Part shown: one piece after another, positions 1 through 10,602 of the stretch
Position numbering within the stretch: the stretch's first letter is position 1
Layout: each line of letters begins with the position of its first letter
Program-made: the position numbers and the translations under genes
The notes under the pieces: model-generated
Seen by the model: only the letters and a program-made list of their open reading frames with translations
Database searches by the model: none
Told to the model about the DNA's origin: nothing
DNA from: Babesia bigemina
Taxonomy: Eukaryota
Direction: 5' to 3'
NCBI RefSeq assembly: GCF_000981445.1
Contig: NC_027218.1
Span: 1,426,001 to 1,490,000, forward strand
DNA length: 64,000 bases

Positions 1-317
1 GCTCGAGTGCGTTGTCATCCTGTCGCAGAGCCCACGGTAATCGGCACAAAGAACGCGTGCTCCACCCCGACGACCACGCCGCAGGATGCGCCGACGAAGC
101 GCGATGCCGTGGACAGCAACTCGCCGGAGTCCTCCATTTTATCGTCGTACGATCCCAAGCTGGCGTCGCTCTCCCCCTCCGCCACGGTAGTGTCGTCCAC
201 ACCGTCGATGGCCGCAGAGGAGAAGCTGCAGCTGGATGACAAGGAGTTGGGCGACTCCGCCGACGGAACATGACCGAACCGAGCTCACCCTGGGCGTTGG
301 GCACCCAGACCTCCATG
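1..317 (-). CDS. Probable 5' end of a spliced gene running off the window edge (product unknown)
   Basis: GC-rich, coding-like stretch on the minus strand (...MEDSGELLSTASRFVGASCGVVVG) with candidate GT..AG junctions. Start codon and frame cannot be fixed from the window. Confidence 0.3.
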
Positions 318-511
318 CTGACGCCAAAACGGCTGCCAACATGTATCGCGAATTTTAAAGGTCATTGCAATACGCAGTGCGCCGCCCTGCAGCAGCAAAG
401 TCACGCATCGATCTGCTGTACCATCCGTTATTCGGAGCTGCGGCAAGCGACCGAGTTGTCACCGGCATGAAAACAGTGAAGGTAACTGGTATATTAATTT
501 TTGGCTTCCCG

Positions 512-3500
512 CTACGTGTTGTGTGCGTGGACGTCGAAGGGGTGCCGCAGTATGAGGTTGCGAGCACGCCTGTTGGTGGCGCCGTCCGTGCCCATGTCGG
601 CGCCCGTCGCGTAGAGCTCCTGCGTTACCGCCTGGTAGGCGAGCGTGAAGGCCGCGGGGAACGACGCGCCAGTCTCGCGGATGAAGTGCGTCACCATCAC
701 GTCCGTGCACAGCAGCATGTCCTGGCTGCACTCTTCGGCGAACCGCTCCCTGAACAGGTCTACTATCATCGCCCTCCCGGCGGTGGTGGCGGCATTGCCC
801 CGGCAGTTTGACAAATTGGACGCAATGTAAGAAAAAGAGACCACGTGTTTGTCTTTCCTGCGAGTCTCGTGTACGACGAATTCTACATTCAGCATGGTCA
901 GAAGCCCGCTAATCAGCTCCAAGGCGTCCCTGCAACCGACCACGGTGATTAGGAGCGGGCCCTCCACCGTCCTGAAAATGCGGTGGACGGGGTCCAGGAT
1001 TGAAATGGCGCTGCCATTTTCCTGAATGGCGATTATATGGTACAAGGATTCGGAAAACTCTTCTCCTTTGTCACAGGCGGCAATCGCCTGGTAGAGGTCT
1101 GAGGAGACGTGGAGTATCACCCGCGCTGTGTGATATTCGACGAACTTGATTCTAAAGGCGTTTTCCGAAGTCGGGCCGCTCAGATGGCCATGGTCTTCAC
1201 TACGCGCGCTAGCGAGTTCCGCGCCCTCCAGGTATACGTCGTGTTTCGCGAGTATGGAGAATGCGGGGATTACGTATTCCATGAGCCCGGGGAACACTTT
1301 GCTGTGTATGGACGCAACCAGAGTATCGCGTAGCGTGTCCTCAATACGTTGATGCGGAGTATAGAACTCTTTGTTGTCTGCAGTTACCTCGTGTTTACTT
1401 GAGACCCCTGGTGCATTCTTTGTGCTAACAGAAGTTGGTTTCTGCCGGGGTGAACATTTCGACTGTACACTGCCGCCCGTTTCGGCGGCTTTTGCAATAC
1501 CTGATACAACATTTGCGGTTGGGTTGGCGATTTGTTGCGGGTCAGCTTCATCCTCACGTTTCTCTGGTGAAGCTTCATCACCTTTGTCGACGTGAAGCAC
1601 ATCTTCGATATGGGAGCATTCGAAATTGAGCGAGTACTCCAGGTACCTTAGCGTATCCATTTCTGGATCGGAGCATATGCACACGCAGATTCCGGGCTTG
1701 CCGAAACGTCCGGTCCTGCCAGACCTGTGCAGGAATGCCTCCTTGGACGACGGCAGGTCCATGTTTATGATGAGGTCGACGTCATCTATGTGTATTCCGC
1801 GGCTCATCAAATCGGCAGCGATGACTACATTCCGATCGTTCTTCTCGGCATTTTCGACCACCTGCTGCCGTGTGTCAGTGGATTGCCTGGAACTGCTGAC
1901 GGTGCAGGACAGCCCCAACCTTTCCAAAGTGTTTGCCGTTAGCATCCGCGTGTGGCTTTCGTTGCTGAAGATTATGCACTTACGGTACTGCGCCTGTTTT
2001 AGCACCTCTATGGCCACATGCAATTTGAGCGATACCTGTTTCACAATATTGGGTGCCTCCGGCACCTTGGTGTAGCAGAACACAACATTCTTGAGCACCG
2101 GCGAGTCGAATTTATCAACCACATCCTGCTCGCCCTCCTCTATTGCCTCCTTTACGCTCTGCACGTCCTGCAGGCAGTCGTTTTCGGTGAAGCAAATGAC
2201 GCCCTTCGCTGGCAGCTCGACTCGGTTAACATGGCTTGCTGACACTATCATCTGCTTAGTTTCTCTCATGAATTCTTTGAGGAAATCCACAATTGACTTC
2301 AGCGTGTGGTGGAGGCGATACTTGGACTCATTGGGATGGTCTGACGTCGGTTCGCCGTTATCATGTGTTTGCACAGCAACGTCAGAGTCGCAGGAATCCT
2401 CCATTTCAACAAACTCCACATCGTAGTACCGCTCCTCTAGCTCATTCGCCTCTTTATATTGTTCGTCTGTTGCACCAAATGAAGTAAAATCGCCCTTTTC
2501 AACCAATTTTTTCAGTGCGCTGTAAACATGGTAACTGAAAGCGCTCTTCAGTATGTCAAAATCCCCTTTCCCAATTTTGGAAAGCGTTGGCAATAGTCTT
2601 TTGTAAAAATCTTCGTCAAGGTCGTTGAGTAGGTCCTCGTAAAGTTTGAATTGGTACTTTACGAAGGTCGCTGACGTGGCTACCACCTGCACAAAGGGGT
2701 TGACGAGCCTTTTGCAGATCCTCCTCGTTTGATCCATGAAGTGATCGTCAATCAGCATGTCCGCCTCGTCCAATACAACTATGTGCGTGTCCCAATACAA
2801 TACTTTGCTGTGCGTCGCGGAGGCTTTCGCCAGCCGCTTGACAAATTTTATGACATTTATGAGTCTTCCCGGCGTTGCCACCAGAATTTGAGGCGCCATG
2901 TTCATAAAACCGCCCACATCCTTTTTCATATCCGCCCCGCCGACAGTTAGTGCTGTTTTTACGTCTGGTATTTCCTCGGCCAGTTCGGTTAAAGTGCGGT
3001 TGATTTGCACAGCAAGTTCACGAGTGGGGGCAATGACAACTGCGTTTCCGAAAGTTACTTCTTCCATTGTGTTATTTTCTTGCGTTTCCGAGGCATCTTC
3101 CATACGTTGAGTGGTGTCAGTCTCCGCTGGTGGGATGTCGGCATCGGTGTGGGTCGCTCCCACATTCTTATTTTCCGTTTGTCCAGCCTCAACATCTGGT
3201 CGGTTTCCCGCGTTTGCCTCGCCCTCGTTTTCGCGTTGGCCATTTGTTTTAGCAATTGCCCCGTCCTCTTGCTCGCCGACTGCAGGGTCGCCTTCCTCTA
3301 CCCTAGATGTCGTTGGCAAGGTGCCCTCCAGGGGATCAACCGCCGTGGTTTTATCTTCGCCTTCAGGCGAAAATTCAATTTCTCCCTTAGCAGGGATGGC
3401 TTTAGTCTCCGATTTCACGTCTGATTCCGCCTCGTGCTCCCTCCCCGTCTGAGCGTCCTGCAGTTCATCTGCATCCCCAGTGGCCGCACCCTTTTTCTCC

Positions 3501-3742
3501 GCACAGCAGCGCTGCTGCATCATTTGCACCAGCGCTATGCAGAAGCTGAGGGTTTTTCCCGTGCCCGATTTCGACTGCAACACCACGTTCTCCCTGTTGA
3601 GCATGGCCTGTATGGCGGCATGCTGCTGTCGTGATGGGCGCGTAATGCCTCGCTTTTCCATGGGGTTCCTTATGCGCTCGTCGATTCCTAGCGAGGCAAA
3701 ATCGCCTTCCTCAGCGCCAGCAGCCGAATAGGGTGGTCCCAT
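512..3742 (-). CDS. DEAD-box RNA helicase (DDX19/DDX20-like motifs), 1076 aa, single exon
   Basis: Q motif FASLGI..RPSRQQ, motif I QSKSGTGKT, PTRELA, ATPGRL, DEAD, SAT, RGIH, motif VI HRSGRTGRFG. Long acidic insertions and a C-terminal extension. Confidence 0.92.
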   Translation of the reverse strand: MGPPYSAAGAEEGDFASLGIDERIRNPMEKRGITRPSRQQHAAIQAMLNRENVVLQSKSGTGKTLSFCIALVQMMQQRCCAEKKGAATGDADELQDAQTGREHEAESDVKSETKAIPAKGEIEFSPEGEDKTTAVDPLEGTLPTTSRVEEGDPAVGEQEDGAIAKTNGQRENEGEANAGNRPDVEAGQTENKNVGATHTDADIPPAETDTTQRMEDASETQENNTMEEVTFGNAVVIAPTRELAVQINRTLTELAEEIPDVKTALTVGGADMKKDVGGFMNMAPQILVATPGRLINVIKFVKRLAKASATHSKVLYWDTHIVVLDEADMLIDDHFMDQTRRICKRLVNPFVQVVATSATFVKYQFKLYEDLLNDLDEDFYKRLLPTLSKIGKGDFDILKSAFSYHVYSALKKLVEKGDFTSFGATDEQYKEANELEERYYDVEFVEMEDSCDSDVAVQTHDNGEPTSDHPNESKYRLHHTLKSIVDFLKEFMRETKQMIVSASHVNRVELPAKGVICFTENDCLQDVQSVKEAIEEGEQDVVDKFDSPVLKNVVFCYTKVPEAPNIVKQVSLKLHVAIEVLKQAQYRKCIIFSNESHTRMLTANTLERLGLSCTVSSSRQSTDTRQQVVENAEKNDRNVVIAADLMSRGIHIDDVDLIINMDLPSSKEAFLHRSGRTGRFGKPGICVCICSDPEMDTLRYLEYSLNFECSHIEDVLHVDKGDEASPEKREDEADPQQIANPTANVVSGIAKAAETGGSVQSKCSPRQKPTSVSTKNAPGVSSKHEVTADNKEFYTPHQRIEDTLRDTLVASIHSKVFPGLMEYVIPAFSILAKHDVYLEGAELASARSEDHGHLSGPTSENAFRIKFVEYHTARVILHVSSDLYQAIAACDKGEEFSESLYHIIAIQENGSAISILDPVHRIFRTVEGPLLITVVGCRDALELISGLLTMLNVEFVVHETRRKDKHVVSFSYIASNLSNCRGNAATTAGRAMIVDLFRERFAEECSQDMLLCTDVMVTHFIRETGASFPAAFTLAYQAVTQELYATGADMGTDGATNRRARNLILRHPFDVHAHNT

Positions 3743-4377
3743 TGTCGTTACCTATCTGTTTGTAGCGTCGTAAATGACTCCATAACCCATTGAACAGTTA
3801 TCCACTCCTCGAGCGTGCCTCAGGTCGCGTAATGTTGAATTATGGTCTTCCTGTAGGCACCGGCTTCGCGAAATGTCCACTTTAGCCCCGTTTAAGCCGC
3901 ACATCAAGTGATGTGTTTGTTTTTACGTCCGCCTTCGCCAGGCGTGTCTGAGCGCATGGCCCTGCGCCGCGTCGGATTGCGGCCGCCAACGGCGAACGGA
4001 ACACTGTACGCTGTGGAATCCTCGTTAACACAGCACACACCGCTACGACGTGGTGCTTAAGCAGCGCCCATGCCTTCCCTTTGGCGTAATCTTTCTTGGT
4101 GTTGCCAGGTGTGAAGCGGCGCTCTCTTTACCGGTCTATAAGCTGAGCAGGTGTGTCTATGGTCCACCGCAGTTCACAACTTCGCAACGCTGCTAAAAAT
4201 TGTGCTGCTAGGGATCTTAATGTGGCTGGGAAACCTGCGAATCTTTCACCGCATCCAGCCACATCGCGAATGTGATTAAATCGGGCTGCGCCCTCTTAAT
4301 CGTAGATCGTACGCCAAAAACTGGGCACGATCGCAATTCTACTGCTATCCCCTGAGTTGCGCTAGTGCGCTGCGGCG

Positions 4378-5544
4378 ATGCCTGCCTACGCGTCGCTGAA
4401 GAGAGGCGCGTCTGGATACGTCGGCGTTGGCTCAAGCAGCCCTGCGGTTTCTGGAACCGACTCTAGGCGTGCTGCGGCCCTCATATACGTGGGATACACG
4501 GTGAACGGTTTCGGCTATTGCTTCTTCGCGACCCTGGTGTTCGATTCGTTCACGTGGCTACTGGACAGATCGGAGGCTGCGGGACTATTCCGGCTCCATG
4601 GCACGCAGCGCCACATCGTCGAGGCCATTTCGACCGGAGTCGTGTCGTTCGTGTGGACCCGGTTTCTGACACAGCGTTTCGATGGCGACGTGTTCAGCCA
4701 CGTGCTCTACTGGCGTTATCGGTTGATAAACACCTGGGAGATGTTATCTCGTTCCCTGGGGGGGCTGAGCGCCGGAATCTTGTTTGGCTTGTTTTACATG
4801 CGGCTGTATCATTCGGGGGTTGCCGAACTGAACTCGAGCAGCGATGGCTTCGCCGTGCCGTCGTTCGCCGACTGCCCCGATTGCAAAACCTTTTCCGAGA
4901 TAATCGCAAGAAGTTTACCTAAAGCCGCAGATGGATTGGGTATATTGCGCAGTGTCGTAGTTGCGCACCTTCCAACCACCCTCGCATCGGTGGACCTGCT
5001 GCAACGTATCACCGCCGCCCTCGCCCGTGTGGCCTGGGTGCTGGAGCAGTTCATCTTTGAGTTTTGCTTTTGCACGGCCATGTACTTGGTGCTGTCGGTG
5101 ACGCTGGTCGCCGATCACGTGGTGGACTGCTTTGCGTTGTACATTGTGTACAAGCGTCTGGTGTCCTTTACCGCCAACACTTACCTGCGTGACATCGGAG
5201 GGAGCATCTGTTTGGACGCCTCCGTCTCCGTGCGGCGATTCGTGGCAGACCGTAACACTCCGCTGCTGTGTTCTCGCCTGTTGGCCAATTTCGTGGCTGT
5301 ATTCGCCGCGGAGCGTTTCTTCAACCCGATGCAACGCCTGCGGCACTGCGACTTCGCCGAAATATACGGCAACGTGTCCGACTCGAAGAAGCGGGCAATG
5401 TTGCCGAATGATGGTGTCACTGAGTACGTCAGCGCAGGCGCGGTGTCGTACTCCGATGTGGGATTTACACCGCTCCCGGATACGTACCTTGGGCGCTGTC
5501 TCGAGAGGTTCGCCATGCGCCCCGCCAAGTGCAAAGAACAGTGA
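4378..5544 (+). CDS. Multi-pass membrane protein, 388 aa; possibly a very divergent aquaporin/MIP fold
   Basis: ATG-initiated ORF with about 6 hydrophobic segments. Helix spacing and FIFEFCFCT / GGSICLDASVS / SRLLANFVAVFAA resemble MIP TM4, loop E and TM6. No NPA motifs. Coding status is well supported; the family call is tentative. Confidence 0.7.
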   Translation: MPAYASLKRGASGYVGVGSSSPAVSGTDSRRAAALIYVGYTVNGFGYCFFATLVFDSFTWLLDRSEAAGLFRLHGTQRHIVEAISTGVVSFVWTRFLTQRFDGDVFSHVLYWRYRLINTWEMLSRSLGGLSAGILFGLFYMRLYHSGVAELNSSSDGFAVPSFADCPDCKTFSEIIARSLPKAADGLGILRSVVVAHLPTTLASVDLLQRITAALARVAWVLEQFIFEFCFCTAMYLVLSVTLVADHVVDCFALYIVYKRLVSFTANTYLRDIGGSICLDASVSVRRFVADRNTPLLCSRLLANFVAVFAAERFFNPMQRLRHCDFAEIYGNVSDSKKRAMLPNDGVTEYVSAGAVSYSDVGFTPLPDTYLGRCLERFAMRPAKCKEQ

Positions 5545-6130
5545 GGCAATGACACATCCGCCAAATACACCACTTGCACCGCTTATTTCCGGCAATTCCA
5601 CAACACTGTTGCTAATGTAGTAATGTACCAACTTGCTAACATGGCTGTTGTCGCAGCGGCATGTCAGTTGCACGTTCGCTTCACGGGTGACTGGCGATCA
5701 TCAGCCACGTGTTCATGCCTCTTACAGAAAGGGCTCATGAATTGTTAGCGCGACTGAGGAATGAGCTTTTGAGCTCGAATCGGTGTAACCTGACGTTTTG
5801 TGCGCTGTGCAACGAGCCCGTTGTATGCAGTGAGAAGTGGATTTGTGTGCATAATTAACGATATATTTACGGTGTTTTGTACCTTATTTGACGATTATGG
5901 CGGCATGTAGTCGCGTAGTATAATGCTTTGGGTCGAAGTCGCATCACCTGTTTATATGGACTTCGTATTCCCGCTAGACACGTCGCTTGTGTTTAAGGTG
6001 TTCTGTCGTGGCCTTCACGTACCACACCACTTATACCAGTTGCGGTTATGCTATGGTAGGAGCATCCGTGTAGATGGCATGTTTCTCCATCACTGGTCGA
6101 TGGCCGTGATCTCCCGTCGCCATTAGACAG

Positions 6131-6496
6131 CTAGAGAGTAGTCTTCGGTATATCCCTAGGCTCCGGCCGTTTGGCGGTTACGCGCACCCTGAGCCCGTCT
6201 ATTTGGCCCTGCTAGAGTTGAATGGCCGCGAGCTGTGACCCACCTTGTCCATGTGTTTGATGGCGGATTCCACGGACTCGGTGGACTCGTATGCGATTCT
6301 TGCGATTCTGGTCGCGCCGTGCGGCTGCAACGTCTTAATGACACAACGCGCTGCTCACCGTATCCACATCACTGATTTCGACGCCGCAGAGGTGGCCGAA
6401 GTTGCCCATTATCTCCCGCAGGTGGTCGTCAGACACGTTCGGCGAGATGGGCGCCACGAACACGGCAACTTCATCCATTGAGCTTCTATCCGACAT
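6131..6496 (-). CDS. Small RRM protein, RNPS1/SR45-like, 98 aa, 3 exons (absent from ORF track)
   Basis: Removing 34-nt and 35-nt GT-AG introns gives MSDRSSMDEVAVFVAPISPNVSDDHLREIMGNFGHLCGVEISDVDT|PHGATRIARIAYESTESVESAIKHMDK|GQIDGLRVRVTAKRPEPRDIPKTTL*. NV..DHLREI..NFG and AIKHMDxGQIDG are RNPS1-type RRM signatures. Confidence 0.8.
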
Positions 6497-6624
6497 TGTG
6501 CTAAAAAATAGAATGTGCCAGCGCGGCTGCTGGACGGCACGCGGGTGTGTATGCGCAAGGACCGTGTTTAAAAATTACGGCAACACCTGTTGCCATGTGT
6601 CTTTATGAAAAAAATGTGGTTTAG

Positions 6625-7050
6625 CTATGCGCTCGCCGCCAACACAGCTGGCGTGGCAGCGCCAGTCAGACGCTGGAATGTTTCTCGCTTCCGTCTGAAG
6701 AGGAGCCCGTACGCAGCAAACACCAGACAAACGCAATTGCTCCTAAAGTTGTTGAGCCTGTACAACGTCTGCCGAAGACTGCATAAGGCGACTTACCGGC
6801 GCATCTGATTCATCCTCACGAAGAAGAAGACAAACAGCTGCTGCAGCGTGTCGAACGTGCCGAGGCACCGACACGCCACCGGAACGTCCTTAGGGATTAT
6901 GTCCGACAGCGACACTCCGAGGTGGAGCACGACGGAGGCCGTTGCCACCAGCAGCCGACCGCTTATCTGGGCTTCAGCCAACCTGCCCAGAGCAAAGGTC
7001 AAGCTGCGCAGCTGCGAAAGTGGCTGTTTCCCCTCCATGCAGTCGGACAT
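6625..7050 (-). CDS. Hypothetical small protein (~128 aa), 2 exons
   Basis: aaaATG at 7050, then a gtaagt...tacag intron joins ...RMNQMR|RLNNFRSNCVCLVFAAYGLLFRR... in frame to a TAG at 6625. No family recognised. Confidence 0.5.
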
Positions 7051-7275
7051 TTTTACGTTTGCGCTCAGAGCGGCGCCTTTGGCGCTGCATCGGAACTGAC
7101 GAGCGTGCTGCCTCCGACTAGGCAGCGCCTCAAGCACCACCCGGCCGCCGCAAGCTGTTCGCGGGAGCGGTCGTGCAGCCTTCACACCGGGGCGAATACG
7201 TCAATTTACCTTGGAGCCGTTAAAATGCGGCAATAGCAGCTTCCACACGGAACACACAGCAACCCAGAGGTGGCT

Positions 7276-8922
7276 CTAGGTCGCTCCGGCCTTGCGCTTG
7301 GCGAACACCTGCGGGGTCATAGTGGCAGCCTTTGCCGTAACTCACTGCACACAGCACTGGGAAATTGTCCACTCTGTGCTGCGCATCGTCCCGCCTGCGC
7401 AGCTGTGCTTTGTCGTTAACGGCACCTACCGGGAGACGGCCACGTTGCCGTGTCTAGACCAGAGAGCGGACACGGTTTTGGTGTGCTGCAGGAAATGTGC
7501 CTCGCGGACAGCGCCAATGTCTTCGACCTCCAGCGCTTTGAGAGCGTCGTTGACGCGGTTGTACCGGCTGGAAATGGTGCCCAGCTTGATGCCTGCCCTG
7601 CGGCTGATGCCGTAGCACCGGTAGCCCGCCGACGCAGCGTCGCCTTTCCGGTTAGCAAATCCGTCTTTGGTGCTGTTGATGCTGCCGCTGTGGCCGGGCG
7701 AGCGGAAAAGCGACTGATCGCTGGCGCTGGACATGGACCGGTTCATGACGTAGCCGTATGCGTCAGTTGGTAGGTCGAACTGTTCGTCCCGTTTTTGCGT
7801 TACTCGGGAGATCATTCGAACCCTATTTGCCGCCCTCGTCAGTATGTTTATCCTGCTTTCCGGTGTCCACTCCGGCGTGGTTGCTTTGTCTGTGTCGGGG
7901 GCTGCTTTCGCTTCCCTTTCAGATTCTGCCACGCCTTTGCGCAACGGTATGGGGACTTTGAGCGGAGACTTGACTGTTGGCCGTGCGGCCGTCTCAGTCG
8001 ACTCGTCGGCTGCCGTTTGAGGCGCCTTCTTGAACGCCACTTCAGCGGCTGAGTCTGTCGGCTTGTTTTCCGCAGTTGACTGCTTTGCCTTCGGGGGAGG
8101 CAACAGATTGCCCCTGTCGAACATGCTCTTAGAGGCTGCACGAAGCAGTTCAGCTTCCGAAGTCGCACGTGTAACCGTACATTCATTGGCGTCCGTAACT
8201 GTTTCGCCGCTCGTGCTCATGACGTGCTGCTCCGAAGGAGTGGTTGGCGCATCCACTTCTTGCATTCCTGCGGCACCGTCCGCTATCACGTGGGATTCAT
8301 ACAGTTTAGTCGATCTGGAATTGATTGAACGGGTGCCTGCGTTTGCATCGGCAGACGAATCGTCCGCCTCTCGTTCCGCTGCCGTGTTGTCGAGGTATGC
8401 AGTAAAGGAGTCACTCGACGCCAATTCGAGCATGATCTCGCTCACCACATTGCCGAACCTATTAATCATTTGGGGCTTGGCCTTCGGCAATGGGGGACCC
8501 TTGCTGCTGATACCACCCGGAGCGACAGCCTTAACATGGGCGTCCTGCCGAGGCACGGCTGGCGCGGCTCCGTCGCCCCTGTTCTGACTCGCGCTTTTCC
8601 CATCGCTCTTTGGCAAGCGCGTAGACAATGCTTTCGATAGCGCTGGCTGGCATTTTCCCACAGTGATTCGGGGAGGCGCTAGTGCTGGTTTGGGCTTAGC
8701 ATGCGCTACCACTGCTTTAGGCGCTCCCGATCCCACGGTGATCAGTGGCGGGGCGTTCTTCGCAGCCTTGCATATCTTCGCGATTGGTTTCGTGCCATCG
8801 GAATTGCGGGCGGCGTCGCTGCAGATCGTCGTCGTTTTGAGGGAGGCAAGCTGCTTGACGCTGGTCGGAGGCCCCTTACCGACTAAAATGCACTTGCCGC
8901 CGGACGACATTTTTGCCTTCAT
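7276..8922 (-). CDS. Hypothetical Lys/Pro/Ala-rich low-complexity protein, probably 3 exons
   Basis: ~500-codon ORF from ATG 8922. Two short GT-AG introns (35 and 37 nt) extend it in frame to RRDDAQHRVDNFPVLCA|VFAKRKAGAT*. Confidence 0.7.
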
Positions 8923-9560
8923 TTTCAGCACTCACGCAACACCGACTGAAGTAATGCACTGTCGAGGAGCTTGTGCTGTGCAAGCTCAATGGACGAGGCG
9001 ACCTTGAACAACGCTGAGTTTCAGACAGTCCCTGAGTCGCATGGCGGTAGCCTCTAAACGCGTTTGTCACCCCCTTCCATGCCAGTTGGCGTTTAATTTA
9101 CATCCGCATTGTGGCAGCTTTGATGTGTTAAATCCTTCTGCCTCTTCGAGGCTCACCTTATGTGCAACTCCGATGTGTAGGCGATTTTCGCAGCCTATTT
9201 AGCCTTTGCAGCAGAAATGCATGCTATTAAGCATATACATCCTTTGTTAGATATAATATAGATGCTTAGACACAATATATTTCACATTTTTCGCTGATGT
9301 GTAGATGGATGCTGTCACGTCGTGTCGCCACAGCAGATTCCGAACAGTTCCGCCAGGATGTTTCCAATGTGTCAACACTTAATTACCGCTGTTGAGATGT
9401 GGAATTCTTAGCTGGAGATTTCACTCTAAATGTTTACCGGTGGCGGTTTTGTTCACGGAAGTATATGCGTATGGAGTCGCCGCTCAGTAGCGCATAGCCA
9501 CGCTACGGTGATCTCGCGGATACAGTCGAAATGACACATTGCTGATATACAAGTGCTAAG

Positions 9561-10536
9561 ATGGCTGCTTTACTGCGTTACGGCGGCCATATGCGCTTTC
9601 CCGGCGCCGCTGTTGCGGAGCACGTTGGATCCCCGGGCACTACGTGGTTTGCGCTGGCGCAACGCATGGGCAAGAAGAAGCGACGCAAGGTCGAGAAGGT
9701 CACTAAGTCGAAGGAGCAGATAGAATGCGCTACCAGGTGGGTGGCTAAGGGCGTTGCCGTCGCCACTGGCTCGACCCTCATTGTCAACATGTAGCTAATG
9801 TTTTTTAGTGATGTGATACGCCTTCACGACCGAGTTGGAGTGCCGGAAACTGCGCATTCAATGGCGCAAACTATCCGCAAGAATGTGAGGGGCGTCCAAC
9901 AGGGGGTTGTGACACGCAAGCACATCGCCAGGATGCTGCAGTATCGCGTAGGTGTCGTCGTGCGACAGTTCAACCGTTTGCAGATGGCGCAAGCCACTGG
10001 GCTCACGCACGACGCTCCGCCACGCAATGCGCCCGATGCGTTCGTAACCCCGCTAACTAGGCTGCAGCATGAGGCGCAGCTGCCGACGATGTTGGGTGCG
10101 TTGTGCGCTGCTACATACGAATAGCCGTGCAGATCAGCCGCGCCACCAGTTTCCGCACGTCCTGCGATATACGGTGGACTGGCTGGCGGAGGCTTCCCCC
10201 GGGGAACACGAGAAGCTGACCGAGGTCACTCTATCGTTCAACATGCACGACCTGGGCCTGTCAGAAATGTGAGTTGCAGTACTGCATAGTATCAGTGAGC
10301 TATACATCCTACCCCCGCTTTAAAACGTCAAAATCGTGCAGGCAGTTGCGCAAAATGAAGGAGATCCTGGGAGCCGACAACTACGACGAAGCCAGTGGAG
10401 TTGCCATCCTGCAGGGCGACATCTTCGAGACCCTGAACCACAACGCGCACTACCTTGGTAAGCGATGAACATGAAAAGCGGATAACGTGAACTAGGCGAT
10501 ATTACTGAACGTTTGATGCGCGCCGTGAAGGAGTGA
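9561..10536 (+). CDS. Mitochondrial ribosomal protein mS35 (MRPS35/Rsm24-like), multi-exon
   Basis: Spliced C-terminus PHVLRYTVDW...EHEKLTEVTLSFNMHDLGLSEM|QLRKMKEILGADNYDEASGVAILQGDIFETLNHNAHYL|GDITERLMRAVKE* follows the mS35 pattern (V.l.f...DLGLS....K...l.G..Y.......i..D.F.....N..YL). Basic presequence-like N-terminus. Up to five GT-AG introns. Confidence 0.78.
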
Positions 10537-10602
10537 ATGCGGGTGTGGATCTCCACGTACAACACTGCTGTTGTCGCAAATCGCACTGTTTTTAACGTGT
10601 AG

